Assembly: GCA_963743305.1 (NCBI GenBank)
Contig: CAVUPH010000030.1
Span: 62,617-126,616, forward strand
Source: an uncultured delta proteobacterium
GTDB taxonomy: Bacteria > Desulfobacterota > RBG-13-43-22
Direction of reading: 5' to 3'
Length of the DNA: 64,000 bases
Shown here: one piece after another, positions 60,875 to 64,000 of the stretch
Numbering within the stretch: the stretch's first letter is position 1
Layout: every line of letters starts with the position of its first letter
Translations under genes and position numbers: made by a program
Notes under the pieces: model-generated
What the model saw: the letters and a program-made list of their open reading frames with translations, nothing else
The model's database searches: none
What the model was told of the DNA's origin: nothing

Positions 60875-61156
60875 CTACCCAATGGCCTTTCCTCCCAGTC
60901 CGACCAGGATTAAGTAGGCCAGGGCCCAGACGATGACTGCCAGGTAAGCCATAATCAGAAATGGCGGCACGGGGTTATCGTCCTTCTTCTGCTCCTCCTC
61001 GGACCCCACCCCCTCAGGCTCGCATTCCACTCCGCCTACCTCCGGCGGGGCCGGAGGATAAAAGGTCCAGGCCGCATAGAGAAGGACCAGAGTCCCCAGC
61101 CCCAAAAAAAAGGCCAGGGCCATATCCTGCAAGGTGGTCAAAGGGAAGTAGGGCAT
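60875..61156 (-). CDS. Small two-TM protein resembling the CcoP N-terminus
   Basis: DNPVPPFL...VIVWALAY. Confidence 0.65.
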   Translation of the reverse strand: MPYFPLTTLQDMALAFFLGLGTLVLLYAAWTFYPPAPPEVGGVECEPEGVGSEEEQKKDDNPVPPFLIMAYLAVIVWALAYLILVGLGGKAIG

Positions 61157-61165
61157 GGCCGCACC

Positions 61166-61420
61166 TTACCCTCTTAAGGCCCAAAATAGAGATCCCGCCA
61201 AACCTACGACCAGCAAAAGTCCGATAAACATCAAAACATAAACCTCCACGGTCCATGGGGCCGGATCTTTGACTAAGGGCTGCGGCAGGACGTCTTGCAG
61301 GGGCAGGTAGCGGGCCCGGTCCTGATCGGAAAACTGTCCGCTCTGCAGTCCCCACCAAAAGGCCGCCAACGAAACCCACAGGCTGAAAGCGATCAAAATC
61401 ATCCAGGCTGAAAAATACAT
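61166..61420 (-). CDS. ccoS: cbb3-type oxidase assembly protein CcoS
   Basis: FWWGLQSGQFSD. Confidence 0.85.
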   Translation of the reverse strand: MYFSAWMILIAFSLWVSLAAFWWGLQSGQFSDQDRARYLPLQDVLPQPLVKDPAPWTVEVYVLMFIGLLLVVGLAGSLFWALRG

Positions 61421-61421
61421 C

Positions 61422-62402
61422 CTATTTCTCCTTCTCCCGGCGCAAGGCCTTAGACAGGGGCTCATTCCCGGGGGGCTCATAAGCGGCAGCAATCCCTTTG
61501 GGTTCCTGATGGGCATCGCTTTGGCCGATGAAATAAACGGCCACATAATTCCCCACTTCCCAGATTTTGGTGGATTCCAGTTCTTTTTTAAAATAAGGCA
61601 TGGCCGTTCCGGTGATGCCGTTCATGATCTGGTGATAGAGGATGCCCCCTGAAATCCCCCGCTGGTTTAACAGGGTAAAGTTCAGCGGTGGGGGATAGAG
61701 ATAGGACTCCGCCGGCCCCATGCCGTCGCCGATCGGGCCGTGACAGCCGATGCAAAAACCCTGATAAATCTTGTGCCCCCGTTCCAGGCCGGCCTCGGTG
61801 GTCGGGTAGGGGTTGGTCAGCTTTCTCCAGGGCTCGGGGATCGTTTGATGCAGCCACTGAACATTTTCATCCGGCCCGGCCTCATAGGCCTGGACGGCCT
61901 TGGCCTTCCAGGCCTCCTGCCGTTGCACCCGGAAGTCGGCCATCCGAAATCCCAGGCTTTGTTTATAGGCGATCAGGGCCTGAATATTTTTCTTCCCCAG
62001 GAATTTCCAGGAGGGCATGATCGATTCCGGCCGGACAAAACGGGGATTGGTAAAATGGGCCAGGTGCCAGTCATCCGGGTGCTCCCCCCCTTCCTGGGAG
62101 AGGTCCGGACCGGTCCGCTCGGTACCTACCAGATGAGGTTGATCCTGGACATAATCGCCTGAGAGGGCGACCCTCTCGGCACCGATGTCCCAGTCCATAT
62201 CCCGGACAAACTGGGTATGGCAAAAGGTGCATCCGTTGCGCACATAGACTTCCCGACCCAGGGCCTCCAGGGAGGATCTAACTCGAAAGATCTCCGAAGG
62301 CTTTTCGCTGATGGTCGTCCACGGCAAGATGACGGCGATAAACAGCACCGGGGCGAAGATGATCAGGCCCCCGAAAACAATGACCGTCAGGTTCATCTTC
62401 AT
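61422..62402 (-). CDS. ccoO: cbb3-type oxidase subunit II with an extra C-terminal cytochrome c domain
   Basis: GCTFCHTQFVR, GTERTGPDL, SIMP; second heme CIGCH...TAMP. Confidence 0.9.
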   Translation of the reverse strand: MKMNLTVIVFGGLIIFAPVLFIAVILPWTTISEKPSEIFRVRSSLEALGREVYVRNGCTFCHTQFVRDMDWDIGAERVALSGDYVQDQPHLVGTERTGPDLSQEGGEHPDDWHLAHFTNPRFVRPESIMPSWKFLGKKNIQALIAYKQSLGFRMADFRVQRQEAWKAKAVQAYEAGPDENVQWLHQTIPEPWRKLTNPYPTTEAGLERGHKIYQGFCIGCHGPIGDGMGPAESYLYPPPLNFTLLNQRGISGGILYHQIMNGITGTAMPYFKKELESTKIWEVGNYVAVYFIGQSDAHQEPKGIAAAYEPPGNEPLSKALRREKEK

Positions 62403-63781
62403 GGGGCTTCTCCCTTCCAATCCGGAGATACTTCCATTTCCCCGTAAATGCTCTTGTAGATGTTAATCAGCCCCAGGACCGCCCCGCCGACGATCAGCAG
62501 ACCGATGGAGGCCCTGAGGATCATGTAGACATGGATCTCGGGCAGGATCTTGTAGACCACCTGCCCGTTCAGCCAGCCATGCCCCTGGACCAGGCCGGCC
62601 GCGGTCAGGACGGTAAAGAAGCCGGCCATGCCGATGAGCACCAGCCAATATTGGATATCGGCCCAACGGCGGTTGTAGAGGGGACGGCCGGTTACCCGGG
62701 GCAGGATAAAGTAAATCCCCCCCAAGGCGATGGTCCCGGAAAATCCCAGAACCCCCATATGGGCATGGGCCACCACCCAGTTGGTCAGATGGGTCACCCG
62801 CTGAAGCGTGGGCAAAGACTGTAAGGGACCCTGAATGCAGGTAAAAACATACCAGACCAGGCCGGCCATGACGAACTTGCCGCCGATGTCGGCATGGATC
62901 AGCCCCAGACGGCCGCGCATAGTCAGCCAGAGATTGACCAACACGGTCAAAACCGGGATAAACATCCCCAAGCTGCCGGTGATGGCCACGACCTTCAACC
63001 AGGTGGGCAGCGGCGTCTGCAGAAGATGGTGGGCCCCGATGTGGGTGTAAAGAACCAGCAGAGTCCAGAAACCGACCAAGGACAGGGAGTGGTTGTAAAG
63101 CGGAGAACGGCAGACGATGGGAATAATGTAATAAGAAAGGGCCACCGCCAGAGGGGTCAAAAACAACCCCACCACGCCGTGGCCGTAAAACCAGGCCAGA
63201 ACGGCATCGGGCATTCCGGTAATGGCCCCGCTGGAAGGGTTCCAGACGGCATTGCCGAAAAAATAGATCAGAAAAAAATAGATCAGGCCGGCGAATATAT
63301 ACCAGATAGAAACGTAGAACGTCTGCTCCTGACGATTTCCGGCTGTTCGCAAAAAATTATAGAAAATCAGGGCGAAGGTGAGCAGCACGGCCAGATCGAC
63401 CGGCCAGACCCATTCGGCGTATTCCCGGCCCTGAGAATACCCCAAGGCCAGGGTGATCGTCCCCGCGGCGATGGTGAGGTTCAGGATCCAAAGGGAAAGC
63501 TTTCCCAGTCGCTCGCTGAAAAGAGGGGTTCGCAGCAGGGTAGGAACCAGGTAGTGCGCCGATCCCAGCAGGGCGGTACCGACAAAACCGAAGATGACCA
63601 GGTTGGTGTGCATCGGACGGGTCCGCCCGAAGACCAACCAGGAGATGTTTCCCAGGAGGTCCGGAGCGACCAGATGGGTGGCATCGATGAAACCGATGGA
63701 GGTCCCGATGACAAACCAGACGGCGGCGCTCAAAAAAAAGGCCTTGACGGTCCCATAGGGTTCTTCTTTGAAAAATTGCAC
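62399..63781 (-). CDS. ccoN: cbb3-type (C-family) heme-copper oxidase subunit I
   Basis: FGRTRPMHTN, GREYAE, WFYGH, YTHIGAHH, VAHAH. Confidence 0.92.
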   Translation of the reverse strand: MQFFKEEPYGTVKAFFLSAAVWFVIGTSIGFIDATHLVAPDLLGNISWLVFGRTRPMHTNLVIFGFVGTALLGSAHYLVPTLLRTPLFSERLGKLSLWILNLTIAAGTITLALGYSQGREYAEWVWPVDLAVLLTFALIFYNFLRTAGNRQEQTFYVSIWYIFAGLIYFFLIYFFGNAVWNPSSGAITGMPDAVLAWFYGHGVVGLFLTPLAVALSYYIIPIVCRSPLYNHSLSLVGFWTLLVLYTHIGAHHLLQTPLPTWLKVVAITGSLGMFIPVLTVLVNLWLTMRGRLGLIHADIGGKFVMAGLVWYVFTCIQGPLQSLPTLQRVTHLTNWVVAHAHMGVLGFSGTIALGGIYFILPRVTGRPLYNRRWADIQYWLVLIGMAGFFTVLTAAGLVQGHGWLNGQVVYKILPEIHVYMILRASIGLLIVGGAVLGLINIYKSIYGEMEVSPDWKGEAP

Positions 63782-63860
63782 TCAATTAACCCCTGTTTTT
63801 TGAAGATCTCAAAACTAACAAATCATAAATTTTGAACACTGATGTAAAAAGATGCTTCTG

Positions 63861-63936
63861 CGTCATTCCGGCGAAAGCCGGAATCCAGAATAAAAAGACT
63901 TCCCTAAACCTGGACCCCGGCCTTCGCCGGGGTGAC
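63861..63936. repeat. CGTC-type REP doublet
   Basis: cgtcattccggcgaaagccggaatccag...ctggaccccggccttcgccggggtgac. Confidence 0.85.
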
Positions 63937-63962
63937 TCCTTATTCCAAAGCGTACTCCCCTC

Positions 63963-63991
63963 CCTTGCACCTTGCGCCTTGAGCCTTGCAC
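63963..63991. repeat. Heptamer tandem repeat (ccttgNN)x4
   Basis: ccttgca-ccttgcg-ccttgag-ccttgca. Confidence 0.7.
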
Positions 63992-64000
63992 CCGGTTTTT

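Noticed and set aside
27385-63835. Long antisense or alternate-frame ORFs (e.g. 30283-31488, 35069-36190, 47919-49172, 62894-63835)
   Set aside because: Shadow ORFs of GC-rich genes with no recognisable motifs.

Overview
A GC-rich bacterial chromosomal window. Gene content suggests an anaerobic Desulfobacterota/deltaproteobacterium; this is inference only. Layout: (1) 1-9.3 kb, secreted and accessory genes (tandem DUF1566 protein, Ntn hydrolase, pirin, cNMP-rhodanese/DoxX). (2) 9.2-19.2 kb, a variable, repeat-dense defence-type island with a C39-like peptidase, an OsmC-family selenoprotein (in-frame TGA plus SECIS-like hairpin), two four-helix-bundle (IVS/Avd-like) genes, a small GIY-YIG nuclease inside a palindromic REP-like array, three copies of a 162-bp MITE, and a type I-like R-M pair (hsdR plus fused M-S). 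(3) 19.4-27 kb, housekeeping and signalling genes. (4) 27.1-42 kb, a cobalamin-riboswitch-led anaerobic B12 synthesis/cobalt uptake operon. (5) 42-56.6 kb, a VapBC-type TA pair, a diguanylate cyclase, a hybrid kinase, an M48 protease, glgP and a flavin disulfide reductase. (6) 56.7-63.8 kb, a cbb3-type oxidase cluster. At least a dozen genes carry single-base frameshifts, often at homopolymers, which look like long-read consensus errors, so 'split' genes should be treated cautiously. The best candidates for undescribed systems are the GIY-YIG/REP cassette, the REP-carrying MITEs, and the four-helix-bundle gene enclosed by heptamer-built inverted repeats with gene-less orphan hairpins elsewhere. 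All family assignments come from motif recognition by eye; no searches were run.
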